A DNA stretch of 64,000 nucleotides from Chiloscyllium plagiosum (taxonomy: Eukaryota): assembly GCF_004010195.1 (NCBI RefSeq), contig NC_057752.1:1-64000 (forward strand), in the 5' to 3' direction. The position numbers and the translations under genes are program-made. How positions within the stretch are numbered: the stretch's first letter is position 1; the number at the start of each line of letters is the position of its first letter. The notes beneath the pieces were generated by a model that did not search any database, had not been told where the DNA came from, and saw nothing but the letters and a program-made list of their open reading frames with translations. Shown here piece after piece: positions 50,745 through 64,000 of this stretch.

Positions 50745-51886
50745 CTTATATGGACTTCAGTAAGGCGTTTGACAAGGTTCTCCATGGGAGACTGATTAGC
50801 AAGGTTAGATTAGATTACATTACAGTGTGGAAACAGGCCCTTGGGCCCAACAAGTCCACACCGACCCGCCGAAGCGCAACCCACCCATACCCCTACATTT
50901 ACCCCTTACCTAACACTACGGGCAATTTAGCACGGCCAATTCACCTAACCTGCACATCTTTGGACTGTGGGAGGAAACCGGAGCACCCGGAGGAAGTTAG
51001 ATCTCAGGGAATACAGGGAGACTAGCCATTTGGATACAGAACTGGCTCAAAGGTAGAAGACAGAGGGTGGTGGTGGAGGGTTGTTTTTCAGACTGGAGGC
51101 CTGTGACCAGTGGAGTGCCACAAGGATCAGTGATGCGTCCTCTACTTTTTGTCATTTACATAAATGATTTGGATGCGAACATAAGAGGTACAGTTAGTAA
51201 GTTTGCAGATGACACCAAAATTGGAGGTGTAGTGAACAGCGAAGAGGGTTACCTCAGATTACAACAGGATCTTGACCAGATGGGCCAATGGGCTGAGAAG
51301 TGGCAGATGGAGTTTAATTCAGATAAATGTGAGGTGCTGCATTTTGGAAAAGCAAATCTTAGCAGGACTTATAGACTTAATGGTAAGGTCCTAGGGAGTG
51401 TGGCTGAACAAAGAGACCTTGGAGTGTAGGTTCATAGCTCCTTGAAAGTGGAGTGGAGAGGCTGAACAGGCTAGGGTTGTTTTCCCTGGAGCGTCGGAGG
51501 CGGAGGGGTGACCTTATAGAGGTTTACAAAATTATGAGGGGCATGGATAGTGTAAATAGACAAAGTCTTTTCCCTGGGGTCGGGAAGTCCAGAACTAGAG
51601 GGCGTGGGTTTAGGGTGAGAGGGGAAAGATATGAGAGAGTCCTAAGGAGCAACGTTTTCAGACAGAGGGTGGTACGTGTATGGAATGAGCCGCCAGAGGA
51701 AGTGGTGGAGGCTGTTACAATTGCAACGTTTAAGAGGCATTTGGATGGGTACATGAATAGGAAGGGTTTGGAGGGATATGGGCCGGGTGCTGGCAGGTGG
51801 GACCAGATTGGGTTGGGATATCTGGTCGGCATGGACGGGTTGGACAGAATGATCTGTTTCCATGCTGTACACCTCTATGACTCTAT
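50745..51886 (+). mobile_element. CR1/HER1 LINE 3' part with a nested minus-strand HE1 SINE fragment (~50805-50995)
   Basis: MDFSKAFDKV, GVPQGS and FADDTK; the SINE breaks the GTTAGAT junction. Confidence 0.88.
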
Positions 51887-53711
51887 TAGCAATGTTCACT
51901 TGGAAAACTGGTTTCAACATATTTTCACCACTTTAAAACATGTGTGTCAATTGTTAAATGCAAAGTGTGGTAGTCAAGTGCTACTGGGATTGTGATAAGG
52001 ACACTGCATTTATCAGCACCCTTGAGCTGGTGTAGGTGAGGATTCCTATTCCAATCTATATTCAACAATCCCTACAGGAAGTGTCAGTCAAGATCAGTTT
52101 CAAATTCAAATTCAAATTTGCCTTCTAATCTATTCTATGGCCAACACTTATGGCTGATACTTCTTATACTTTTCATTATTTACTTGTTAAATACATGTGA
52201 CAATAAATCATTCAATTCCATTAAAACTTGTGAAAAATTACAACTTGTATCATGTCAGCAACCAGAATTTAATTCTAAACACCTTCTAAAGAGACATGGA
52301 GGAGAGAAAATAACCCTTCTGCCATTAAGAAAAACAAGGGTTCTCAGTGGTGTCTCAGAAAAAAAAACAGCCAATAAATCCAGCTGAGGAAACTCCACCT
52401 TGCAGTTATTTTCACATGATATTTTTGGTATTCGACTTAGTACTCAGCCATGATTTAAAATCCCACTATAACAAGTTGTGGAACTACATTGAATAATTCT
52501 GGCAATTTGTGCAGGAACACCAGTCAACCCTGGAAGCTGTTACGATTATAACTGGTTCACCAATATGGAAGGGAACTTGCCTTGCCTATCCAATGTGCCT
52601 GCATGTGACTATACAAGTGGTTGACTCTCAAAACCCTCAAGGCAACTTGGAATGGGCAATAAACACCAACCAGCTTGTTAAAAACAAAAAGTGATGTTAA
52701 TTAGTGAACTGACCCTGATTAGACTACACATGGAATAGTGAGCAGTTCTGAGCACAGATTTGAGAATGTTACCTAACTAGAAATGGAAAATAGCCATAGT
52801 CAGCACCCTATACATAGTTTGAAGGGCACCATTCTCCATCAAGCATGGGACAAAGTAAACAGACAAGCAACCATGAACTACCAGAACTGGGGACTGAAAC
52901 TGTGCCACTGGCACATTCTACACTACAATCCAGGTATTTAGCCAACTGAGAAAACTGATCTCCTTCTCCTAAGGGTAAGGGCTAATTTGATCAAAGTTAT
53001 CAAGATATTAAGAAGAACAGATAGAGAGGAACTATTTCTGCTGGTTGGGGAGTCAAGGACTAGAGAACACAATCTTAAAAAAGTTAAAACTTTCAGTGAA
53101 GTAAAATACACAAAAATTGGTGGTAGTTTGAAATTAATTTCCACAAATAACAAGTGGTGCTAGGTCAGTTGTTAATTTTGAATCTGAGGTTAACAGATTT
53201 CTGTTAGCCAAAGAGATGATGGAGGAAAGGTGGGTATATGGAATTAAGTTACAGGTCAACCATGGTCTCACTGAATGGCAGAATAGGCTTGAAGGGCTAA
53301 ATGGCTTCCTCTAGTTTCTATGAGTACATAACAAAAATTCTATTGAATACTTTCATCAAACCCATTTCAACTCCTACTGAAACCCAATTTACTTCCACAT
53401 TTGGAACGGACGTCAGATGGGTTCCCCCTAAAAATCACCAATTTACACTCTGCCAGTACTTGCAAATCTTTATAAAAAATTAAGGGGTCACAAAGGGTAG
53501 TCTCCCTTCGAAGGAAACAATTGCTGCTGAATACATCGCCTTAATCTGTTGTTTGCTTTTGGGGATATTAAGTGAACACTTAATTTTTATACCTTTGCAT
53601 ATTTTTTTCTTTTTGGTGCTGGCAGACCAGATGTCCACAAGTACAGGATGGCATTACAGTTAGTTTATCCTAAAGTATTCTGTTGAAGAACGGAGAACTT
53701 TTCAAACCAAC

Positions 53712-53891
53712 CATAAGATTTATGACTCTGAAGTCCTTCTGCAGCCCATGTCCCACAAACTTTACTCCAATATCAATAAGGAATCTCAGTTTCAGGTACG
53801 TTGACTTCAAGGTGGTTAGGTGCTTGGATGAAATTTTGGCATCAAGGTCTCCAGGCTTGATTCCAGAATACTGAGTCAAGTAGTCCACAAC
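53712..53891 (-). CDS. PAN2: PAN2 exon
   Basis: [60 protein letters not shown]; 180 nt. Confidence 0.96.
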
Positions 53892-54394
53892 CTAATTTAA
53901 GAAAAAAAAACACACTTGTGGAGTAAGTATACAAGATAATTTTCAGATAGTGTCATTTCATAGGGAAATATACATGCATTTTGCAACTACAGAGGTTAAT
54001 CCAAGATGTTATGTTGCCTTCCTGGTGCCAAAGTCAAGGATGTAATTGAGTGACTACAAAGCAAACTGATGGAGAGAAGGGACCAGTCAGAGGTCACGGA
54101 CCATACCCGTATTTGGAAGGAAAAGGGAGGAGTCCTGCAGGCATATATTAGGGAACAAGGAAAGAAACTACCAAGCAGGATGATACAGATAGCAATTTTT
54201 GGATCACTTCTGGTGCTACTATTGAATCTAGAAATGGGATGTTGGAACAGACAAATGTGTGACTGGACACTAAGTACAGAATTGAGGACTTTTATACTCC
54301 TGGAAGATTGAGATCAGTTCTGGGAGAGAAATGACCTATACACATTTGATGGGTTGCACTAGAACAGAGTTGGGACCAACATCCTTTTGGTGCA

Positions 54395-54597
54395 GAGTCG
54401 CGAGTGTGGTGCTGGAAAAGCACAGCAGGTCAGGCAGCATCTGAGGAGCAGGAAAATCAACATTTCCGATGAGGGTTCCTGACGAAGGGCTTATGTGCAA
54501 AATGTCGATTCTCCTGTTCCTCGGATGCTGCCTGACCTGCTGTGCTTTTCCAGCAACACACACAACTCCGATCTCCAGCATCTGCAGTCCTCACTTT
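54395..54597. mobile_element. Fold-back Penelope-derived element inside an old CR1 5' fragment; a related half-copy at ~55045-55143
   Basis: Same terminus and inverted arms as 10370-10557. Confidence 0.65.
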
Positions 54598-55422
54598 ATC
54601 CTTTCAGGGCAGTTTGCCAGTACTATTGGGAAGGGTTTGAACAAACTTGGCAGCGTTATGAGAACCAAGGAGATCATGCGAGCGAGGAAAATAATGTACA
54701 TAAAGAAAAGTAAAAGCATTAAATGGGGTCAGAATAAGAGGAAATGTGATAAGATGTAAATTAGGATTTCTGTACATGCATTTAAACCCACAGAATATAG
54801 TGAAGATGAGTTAGAAGCATATAACCAAGTGAAAATATGATGTTGTGGCAAAAACAAAGACCTGTCTCAAGAAAGGACAAAATCTGGTACTAAACATTCC
54901 TGGATACAAGGTATTCAAGAAAGTTGGAAAAGGGTAAAATAGGAAAGGAAAAAAGTGAGGAGGGGTAGCAGTATTGATGAAGGAGACTTTGCAGTCCTGG
55001 AGAGAGAGGATGTCCTTGAGGGACCAAGGACAGAATATAATTGGTTCATTCCTGATGAAGGGCTTATGCCCGAAACGACGTTTCTCCTGCTCCTCGGATG
55101 CTGCCTGACCTGCTGTACTTTACCAGCACCACATTCTCGACTCATGCAAAGAAACTATGACCCAAATTTTCTGATGGCCACACAATTGTCTGTGCAGCGT
55201 AGAACTGCAGAATCCCCAATATAATAGCCTCCAGGAAACCGAAAATGCCAACTGACAATTCCCCAGCACTTGGAGTCCTCCAGAAGTATCCATTTAAATC
55301 AGAGAATTCAGAGGGCTCTGCTGCAGTTAGCAGTTTCCTAGGAGTCATACCCACCCGACTTACACACAACCCTACGAATACACTACCCCAAACCCATTAC
55401 ATATGCAGATATAGCAATCCCT

Positions 55423-56599
55423 TCAAAGTTTGTGCGAAGATTTGTAGCTCGGGTGCTCGTTGTTGTGGTTCTGTTCGCCGAGTTGGAAGTTTTTGTTGTA
55501 AACGTTTCGTCTCATGGCTAGGCGACATCATCAGTGCTTGGGAGCCTCCTGCGAAGCGCTTCTTTGATGTTTCCTCCGGTGTTTATAGTGGTCTGTCCCT
55601 GCCGCTTCCGGTTGTCAGTTTCAGCTGTCCGCTGTAATGGTTGGTATATTGGGTCCAGGTCGATGTGTTTGTTGATGGAGTTTGTGGATGAGTGCCATGC
55701 TTCTAGGAATTCCCTGGCTGTTCTTTGTTTGGCTTGCCCTATAATGGTAGTGTTGTCCCAGTCGAATTCATGTTGCTTTTTGTCTGCGTGTGTGGCTACT
55801 AAGGATAGCTGGTCGTGTCGTTTCGTGGTTAGTTGATGTTCATGTATGCGGATTGTTAGTTGTCTTCCTGTTTGTCCTATATAGTGTTTTGTGTAGTCCT
55901 TGCATGGTATTTTGTACACTACATTTGTTTTGCTCATGTTGGGTATCGGGTCCTTCGTTCTGGTGAGTTGTTGTCTGAGCGTGGCTGTTGGTTTGTGTGC
56001 CGTTATGAGTCCTAGCGGTCGCAGTAGTCTGGAAGTCAGTTCCTAGATGCTCCTGATGTATGGTAGTGTGGCTAGCCACGCTCAGACAACAACTCACCAG
56101 AACGAAGGACCCGATACCCAGCATGAGCAAAACTAATGTAGTGTACAAAATCCCATGCAAGGACTGCACTAAACACTATATAGGACAAACAGGAAGACAG
56201 CTAACAATCCGCATACATGAACATCAACTAGCCACGAAACGACACGACCAGCTATCCTTAGTAGCCACACACGCAGACAACAAGCAACATGAATTCGACT
56301 GGGACAACACTACTATCATAGAGCAAGCCAGACAGAGAACAGCCAGGGAATTCCTAGAGGCATGGCATTCATCCACAAACTCCATCAACAAACACATCGA
56401 CCTGGACCCAATATACCAACCACTACAGCGGACAGCTGAAACTGACAACCGGAAGCGGCAGGGACAGACCACTATAAACACCGGAGGAAACATCAAAGAA
56501 GCGCTTCGCAGGAGGCTCCCAAGCACTGATGATGTCGCCTAGCCAGGGGACGAAACGTTTGCAAAAAAAACTTCCAGCTCGGCGAACAGAACCACAACA
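55423..56599. mobile_element. Penelope (Poseidon-type) insertion made of two inverted GIY-YIG-bearing arms
   Basis: ORFs 55518-55937(-) and 56060-56542(+) both read VVYKIPCKD(C/Y)TKHYIGQTGRQLTIRIHEH...REFLEAW; TSD ATAGCAATCCCT at 55411-55422 and 56600-56611. Confidence 0.92.
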
Positions 56600-56826
56600 A
56601 TAGCAATCCCTGCCTGTGAAGGTGATTGATCCTGATTTGGTGGCTCTCAACTTGGCCAAAATAAATTAAAACAAACTTAGTGGATTAAAAACTGAGAATA
56701 CAGTGTTTGACAAGAAGTTGCTTTAAGTATTCTATTAGGTTATTTCATGCTTTAGACATCAGCTTCAAAATAGTGGTCACCCAAATTAGACAGCAAGATC
56801 AGCAAAACCTCTGCTCATCTCATTAC

Positions 56827-56970
56827 CTGCTCCTGTGTGGAAATGTAATCGTCAATGAACGGAACACCTTCATTCGGTCCCTGACCTCGCACACATGTGA
56901 TTCTGGCAACTGACATTTGGCTGGGCTTGATCGTGGATTTTGTTCCATCACTACGCAGCTCTGCTTCTTC
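56827..56970 (-). CDS. PAN2: PAN2 exon
   Basis: tag|[48 protein letters not shown]|gtaatg; 144 nt; not in the ORF track. Confidence 0.96.
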
Positions 56971-57082
56971 CTATGAATATCAAGTTATATAAAACATCAC
57001 AAACTAACAAAATGACAAGTTTCACTAAACTAACCTTAAGTGGAGTACAGGTATTAGATTTAGAATTTTCTTTGAAAAATGT

Positions 57083-57304
57083 CATAGTTTGTTCTGATTT
57101 GACACGATAGTTCTGTTCTCGTGTGACCTCGTGTTATAAGAAAATCGCGCTATAGCTGTGCCATTTAAACTAATAGGTCCAGAATGGCGCTATAGCCAAT
57201 ATAGGTAACAAAAGTTCACATTCTACAAGTAACAATCTAAATTCTTAAATCATGTTAAATCCAATTCACGCTGACGAAACACTTATTATAGCAGAACCAA
57301 CTGT
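57083..57304. mobile_element. Possible Tc1/mariner (Tigger-like) MITE remnant
   Basis: The right end reads TACAGTTGGTTCTGCTATAA on minus; degenerate counterpart TAGTTTGTTCTGATTTGA at the left. Confidence 0.35.
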
Positions 57305-57982
57305 ATTCCCAAATTATACACAAACTGCACTAGTTTGTTTGATAGTAGTAATCTTAATACCTGAATAATTAACAAACTGCTTCTAAAACAAAACTGATTT
57401 CACTTCATTGGGGAATATCCACTAGAAAACAATGAAACTCATTAGTATGATGCCCATAGAGACTGCAAATTTTAAAAGGAAAGAATGCACATAACAGAAT
57501 CACAGAAAATCACTGGCTAAAATTTCACTTCAAAACTTTTAGTGCAACAAACCAGCTAAAATTCAACATATTTCAATGATTAATTAACAGACAAAGGATA
57601 TTTTAAATAGAGGGAAATTTCATTTTGAACTGTTGATACAACAAAGAAGTGCCTCAATAAAATCAAAGTGCTAGAGAAACTCAGGAGGTTTGCCAGCATT
57701 TGTAGAGAGATAACAATGTTAACTTTTGAGTCCAATTTGACTTTTATTTAAAATCTCCAGCATCCACAGTGCTTCGCTTTTATTTGAAAGATACACCTCA
57801 TGTAGTTATAAGTATTTGCATTGTGGAACCATGTAAAATCTCAGTCCTCCAACTCAGTCTCCAGTATGTCAGGTTGCCCTCCTCCCAATATCAGCCCTGG
57901 AGTTACATTCACAAACAGTTCCATCTTTGAACATGGTCAACAGAAGCAAGGCACACACATTCACTCAAATCATGAGCACAAA

Positions 57983-58450
57983 ACATAGGAGCAGAAGTAG
58001 GCCAATCAGCTCATCGAGTCAGTTCTTCCAGTCAATGGAATCACGGCTGATCTAAGAATTTGCAACTCCACTTGCCTGTTTTTCCTCATTTCCGATTTAA
58101 AATCAATCTCAGCCTTGAATGTACTTAACTACCCAGTCCCTCAACAGCCCTCTGCAGTAAAAAATTCCACAGACTTACTTCAATCCCAGATAAATTCCTC
58201 ATCTCTGATGTAAATGTACAATTTTCTCGTGAAATAAGATTATGTCTTCCGGTACTGGACTCTCCCACAAGAAGAAATAGCCTTTTCGCATCTCCCCTGT
58301 CAAGTCCCCAGAATCTTGTATGTTTCAATAATATATCTCACTAACTCCAAAGAGTAAAAGTCCAACCTATTCAACCTCTCCTTATAAGACAGACAGTCAT
58401 TCTAGACCTGGCATCAGCCCAGTGAACCTTCTCTGGACTGCCTCCAATCC
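57983..58450 (-). mobile_element. Old CR1 3' fragment
   Basis: SLWNFLLQRAVE; ACATAGGAGCAGAAGTAGGCC terminus. Confidence 0.7.
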
Positions 58451-59434
58451 CTGAGAAAGTCTATAGCCTTAAAACGTGTCTTTAAACATTTAGACTAAAA
58501 TGTAATGCTGAATTATAAAACACACTTACTGCACTAGAAAATAGACAGGCAGGAAGGCTCAGGAAAAAAAGGGGGTGGGGTGGGACTCAAGGAATGCAGA
58601 AGATAGGGACATCTGATAACAGGATGCTGGAAGGCAATTAAGAACATTTGCCTTAGCATCGGTGAATGTGTGTGTGCAGGGCAGACACCGAGAGAGAAAA
58701 AAAATCTTTGCTGACTTGAGAGTTCAAAAGGACACTAGAGAGAGAGAGACCATTTTAGTGCTGAGGCTGTTGGAGCCAATAGAAAAGTAACACTTCATGC
58801 TTATCTGCTATGGATTGAATTTAATTGCATTTTGGGACCTTAAGGTGATACTGAGTTGCCATTACTGGTTATTAAATACAAACTCTGTAAAAGGTAATAT
58901 TGATGAAGCCTTAACTTACTTGCTGTTTTTGCAGACCACTCTACAGACTGCCCCACTGTCAATTCTAACTAATCAGATCTTATGTCTTATTTGAATTTGA
59001 ATCACAACCCTGAAAAGAAAGCATGTTAATTAAAAGGCTAATGAATCAGTTTAAATGCAACCTTACGGTAACATCTCAGCCTCAGGTACAGAATGATTCA
59101 GTGCTTAAAAAACAGAAGTCTGCTCCTAGCTTAGAAATTAGCCTAAGCCTAACATTGAAGGGATTCTGGCACAAATGTGTCAGGAAGCCATTTTATGGTC
59201 ACAAGTTTGCCCTCCTTGCTCAGAAGCCATTTTGTCAAAATAATTGTATCAGACATGTGAGCTGTGCACGGTTACCTTATGAACTCTCCAATTAGCTCAG
59301 ATTGGTACCTCTTTATGATAGGAGCTTATCTCGCTAGCAGGCGCCTAACTCGGCTGGGTGTTTTTCCCACCTGATGAATGGCTTAGGGGCCTGTAGGAGT
59401 GATTAGTCCAGTGTACACAGGAAAAAAAAAAGAG

Positions 59435-59495
59435 ATTAACTTTTCTTCCTTACGAACTATTGTCAATTAACTTTTCTTCCTTACGAACTATTGTC
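59435..59495. repeat. Tandem duplication with a 31-bp period
   Basis: ATTAACTTTTCTTCCTTACGAACTATTGTC twice, separated by one A. Confidence 0.9.
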
Positions 59496-59869
59496 TTTCA
59501 CGGTCATCTGTCTAATTAACAACATGCAATTTTTAAAAAACTTTTGTATAAAAGGAAGGCCACTTTGCAGCTGTACATCGGAGTAGCCTGCTGGGGCACT
59601 TGAAGAGCTGGCACCCTACTCTCCTAGGTTATTAGAACCTAGTTAGTTTAGCTTATAGGTATCAGTGTTATGTTGCAACAGTGATGCTATTGGTAAATAA
59701 AGGGGATGACTAAAATTAAACTAATCTGTCTGTAAGAGGGTTTTTTATTCCAGACTTCCAAACAGTATGATCTCTGGGACGAACCAAGAGAGAGGCTTAC
59801 AGGTCTGAGTCCATAAGGGATTTCCTGGGCCATCTCAAATCTGTACTTTAACATGCCAGTATACCTTTC

Positions 59870-62690
59870 CTTAGATAAGGAATTCAAAACTGTTCACAGT
59901 ATTCTAGGTGAGGTGTGAATAGTTTTAGCAAAGCTTCCCTACTTTTATACTCCATTTCCTTTGAAATAAAAGCCAACATTCCATTTACCTTCCCTATTAC
60001 CTGCTGAACCTGGATGCTAGCTTTTTTGCGATTATTGAGTAATTTTGGAGTGTTAGGTGTCGTCTACTGTAAAGACTGATGCAAAGTATTTACTCAACTG
60101 CTCTGTCATTTCCACAGTCTTCATTATTATTTCCCCAGCCTCATTCTCTAAGGGACCTATGTTAACTTCAGCTTCTCTCTTCCTTTTTACATATTTAAAG
60201 AAGCTTTTGCAGTCGGTTTTGATATTACTTACAAGTTTATCCTCAAAGTTTACCTTTTTTTAAAAAAAATCTTTTGTTGGTTTTTAAAACATCCCCCATA
60301 ATTGGCTGTCTTACCATTAATCTTTACAACAGCTCTGCTGGCACAGAATCCTCATAATTCATGATCTTTCACCCTTCCTATCTTTCGCTCTTTCCAACTG
60401 TATCACACCCAATAACACAGTTTCTGCCCTATTCTCAGAGCTCTGCTTTAACAGAACCAGTTCAAACGTTGCCACAGAAAACCTCCAATCAGACCCAAAA
60501 GCAAAAAATCCTGTCGATGCTCAAGACATAAAAACAGAAAATACTGGCAAGGGAGAGGCGGAGCAAGCTCCCATATCCTTGCACACCATTTTGACCTAAT
60601 AACCATCCAATGCCACTCTTGAATGCCTCAATTAAACCTGCCTCCACCACATTTCCAGGCAGTGCATTCCATACTCTAACTATGCACCATAAAAGTCTTT
60701 TCTCGCATCACCCTTGCTTCATTTGCACATCACTTTAAATCTATGCCCCTCTCTTTTACAAGCAGGAACAGCTTCTCCCTATCTGCTCTATTTACCCTGC
60801 TCATGACGTTGAAACTTCTACCAAACCTCCTCTCAGCCATCTTCTCCCTAAAGAGAAACAGTCCCAATCTTTTCAATCCATCTTTACAGCTGAAGTTTCT
60901 CATTCCTGAATCCAATCTTGTAAATTTTTCTGCATTGTCTCTGAAGCATTCATGTGTTTCCAATAATGTAGGGCCCACAACTGTACACAATATTCCAGCT
61001 GAGGTCTAACAAGTGTCTTACACCACTGCAATATCACCTCTTTGCTCTTGTACTCTATGCATCTACTAACAAAACCAAGAATATTACATGCTTTATTAAC
61101 TGCTCTCTTCACCTGTTTGGTCATCTTCAGTGAACTGTGCACACACACACATGAAGGACCCTCTGCTCCTGCAACCCCTTTAGAATTGTAGCCCCTACTT
61201 TATATTGTTTTCCAATGTTCTACAAAAATGGATCACCTTACACTCCTCTGCATTGAGCCTCAAGCATGAGCCAGACATCCACTCTACCAACTTGTCAAAG
61301 TCCTTTTGGAGTTCCACACTGTTCTCGCAGTTTACAATTCTTCCAAATTTAATGTCATCTACAAAATTTGAAATTGTCTCCTGCACACCAAGATCCAGAT
61401 CATTAATACATATCACTGAAAAGCAGGGGTCCCAATCTCTGGGGAACTCCACTACAAACCTTCCTCCAACCTGAAAAATATCCACTGACTAGGAGTTTTC
61501 AGTTCCTATCACCCAGCTAATTTTGTATCCACATAGCTACTGTCCCTTTTGTACCATGACCTATAATTTCTCTCAAGTCTGTTGCGTGGCATTGCATCAA
61601 ATGCCTTCTTAAAGGCATTTTACGACACTAAAGTCGGTGGAGTAGTGGACAGTTTGGAAGAATGTTACAGGTTGCAGGGGGACTTGGATAAACTGCAGAA
61701 TTGGGCTGAGAAGTGGCAAATGGAGTTCAATGCAGCTAAATGAGAGGTGATGCACTTTGGGAAGAATAACAGGAAGGCAGAATACTGGGTCAATGGAAGG
61801 ATTCTTGGTAGTGTGGATGTGCAGAGGGATTTTGGACTCCATGTGCATAGATCTCCGAAAGTTGCCACCCAGGTGGATAGTGCTGTTAAGAAGGCATACC
61901 GTCTGTTAGGTTTCATTGGTAGAGGGATTGAGTTCCGAAACCTCAATATCCTGCTGCAACTATACAAAACACTGGTGCGGCCACCCTTGGAATATTGTGT
62001 ACAGTTCTGGTCGCCCCATTACAGGAAGGATGTGGAAGCATTGGAAAAGGTGCAGAGGAGGTTTACCAGGATGTTGCCTGGTCTGGAGGGAAGGTCTTAT
62101 GAGGAAAGGCTGAGAGACTTGGGATTGTTCTCATTGGAAAGAAGGCGACTAAGGGGTGATTTGATAGAGACATACAAGATGATCAGAGGATTAGATAGGG
62201 TAGACAGTGAAACACTTATTCCTAGGATGATGACGTCAGCTTGTACGAGAGGGCATAACTACAAATTGAGGGGTGATAGATTTAAGACAGATGTCAGAGG
62301 CAGGTTCTTTACGCAGAGAGTGGTAAGGGCGTGGAATGCCCTACCTGTTAATGTCGTCAACTCAGCCACATTACGGAGATTTAAACAATCCTTAGATAAG
62401 CACATGGATGATTTTGGGACACAGGTCGGCGCAACATCGAGGGCCGAAGGGCCTGTTCTGCGCTGTATTGTTCGATGTTCTATGAAATCAATGTATACCA
62501 CATTAACACTGTTACTATCATCAACCCTTTCTATTACCTCTTCAAAAAATTCTAGCAAGTTAGCCAAACACAATTTTCCCTCTAGAGGTCAATGCTGACT
62601 CTTCCAAATCAAGCCACCTTTTTTCCACATGATTACTAATTCTGTTCTGAATAACTGTTTCTAGAAGTTTCCCCACCGCCAAAGTTAAAC
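59870..62690 (-). mobile_element. CR1 LINE fragments (minus), host of the nested plus-strand copy
   Basis: LVRPQLEYCVQLW, INDLDLGVQETISNFVDDIK and CLANLLEFFEEV. Confidence 0.75.
61615..62483 (+). mobile_element. Younger CR1 LINE 3' part nested in the opposite orientation
   Basis: ORF 61747-62598 with YKTLVRPPLEYCVQFWSP...FFTQRVVRAWNALP. Confidence 0.88.
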
Positions 62691-63170
62691 TTCCTAGTGT
62701 ATTTTGGTCTCAATAGGGAGATCATATACAAAAAGCATATGGGTCACACTCACTGCTCAGAAATAGAATATGTGTGATTCGATACCATCAAGCAGGTATA
62801 CGTTAAGTATAGCATTGGCTAGATATGGAGAAAAGCTCATGTACTGTGCTCAAACAATGAGCATAACTGCAAAAAAGGTATCCCTATATCTGTGCAACAT
62901 TTCCACAAGGACCACATTATTTAGTCATATGTTTCTGCCACTCACCAATCATAGATCGGTGCCACTAATAGTTAATGAAAAAAATCATTGCTCACACCAT
63001 TTTACCTTCCCAACCTGGGATAAGTGGCCAATAAAAATCTTTGTTGCGAGTAAATTCTAGGTCAAATTGGAGTACCATATTAAAAAAATTATTAATTGTA
63101 CCTAAAATAAAGACACTTTCCTCAAGATGATATGTTAAACTAACCATATTTTCCAAGTTAACACGCATAC

Positions 63171-63328
63171 CTGATTCAATGTGACAAACTCTGCATCCAA
63201 GCCCACTAAATCACTAGGCTGGGGCATTTCATTCAGCATTAATGGAATAAAAGTTGCATGACATTTTCGCTGCTTTCTAGCGAGAGATGCCTCTGCCAGC
63301 AAAACACTTGCTTCAATTGGATTTTTTA
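63171..63328 (-). CDS. PAN2: PAN2 exon (start of the DEDD nuclease domain); the gene continues beyond the window
   Basis: tcag|KNPIEASVLLAEASLARKQRKCHATFIPLMLNEMPQPSDLVGLDAEFVTLNQ|gtatgc; 158 nt. Confidence 0.96.
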
Positions 63329-64000
63329 CTGAAAGGTAAAAAATCATTCTGTGGTTACTAATGAAATAAGACATTAAAATATCAAAATATAAAACACAAA
63401 ACATAATTAGCTAGTCCAGTTACTAACTAGGGATGAGAAAATATTGCAAATTTAAATCACCTGTATGAGGAAAGTTTTCCTAAATTGAAAACAGGGTTAC
63501 AAAATTGAGCCAGATGATGACTCCGGCATTTTGACCATTTACAAAATGGGTGCCTCATATTTGCTACATCAAAACCAGAATGGCAAACTGTGCACACTAT
63601 TCAAAAGACATTACCACTGGCTTACGTGCTTGAGACACACTTAATAGATATTTATTACATTGACAAAAATTGAAATTTTTACTGATGCATCTAAATTTAA
63701 AACATTTTTAGAGAAATACAAAGACAATTGGACACAGATAAGAAATGCATTTGATTCTTTTCTCAGGAAAAGAAATAATCAGCTGTATTTTCAAGGTTAC
63801 CAGCAAAGACCCATCCGACTGACTGTTTTGATGATGTTAATTATATGTAATGCTAGTAAAGAAGGGATTTTAAAATGTCAGAATATGAAAACGATAAAAG
63901 AATAATTGAAAAACACACAGACCACTTTAAATAGTTTACAAAAAAGAAAATCCTGCAGCATTTAAAACCTTCCCTGATGATACAGAACTCCAACTGACAC

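Noticed and set aside
58501..59680. Possible solo LTR (TGTAA...CAACA, TATA-like at ~59546)
   Set aside because: No TSD or clear boundaries could be found.
61747..62598. 283-aa ORF, the longest in the window, as a host gene
   Set aside because: It is the C-terminal part of CR1 ORF2 running into flanking repeat sequence.
1..64000. CRISPR arrays, operons or other prokaryotic systems
   Set aside because: The sequence is vertebrate, with spliced genes and LINEs/SINEs, and has no repeat-spacer array.

Overview
This is vertebrate genomic DNA, almost certainly a shark (elasmobranch), judged by HE1-type SINEs ending in (TAATC)n, dense HER1/CR1-type LINE fragments and Penelope-like elements. It holds two convergent multi-exon genes. 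On + is a complete inositol polyphosphate 1-phosphatase gene (INPP1 or an INPP1 paralogue; 5 coding exons, 24952-37440, 379 aa). On - is the 3' part of PAN2 (exons from 63328 down to about 45495). Most other sequence is decayed retroelements, with one N gap (13892-14150). The most unusual object is a 4,056-bp minus-strand insertion (2790-6845) that splits a Gypsy pol relic and has a 10-bp target-site duplication and a poly(A) tail. From its 5' end it reads: U2 snRNA nt 1-37, the 5' UTR and ORF1 start of a Tx1/Keno-like LINE, about 2.5 units of a 1,253-bp tRNA-Ala/tRNA-Tyr tandem array in antisense orientation, then the ORF2 C-terminus, 3' UTR and poly(A). Several fold-back Penelope-derived insertions carry hammerhead-ribozyme-like cores and 11-14 bp TSDs. 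All family assignments come from motif recognition by eye; no database search was run.
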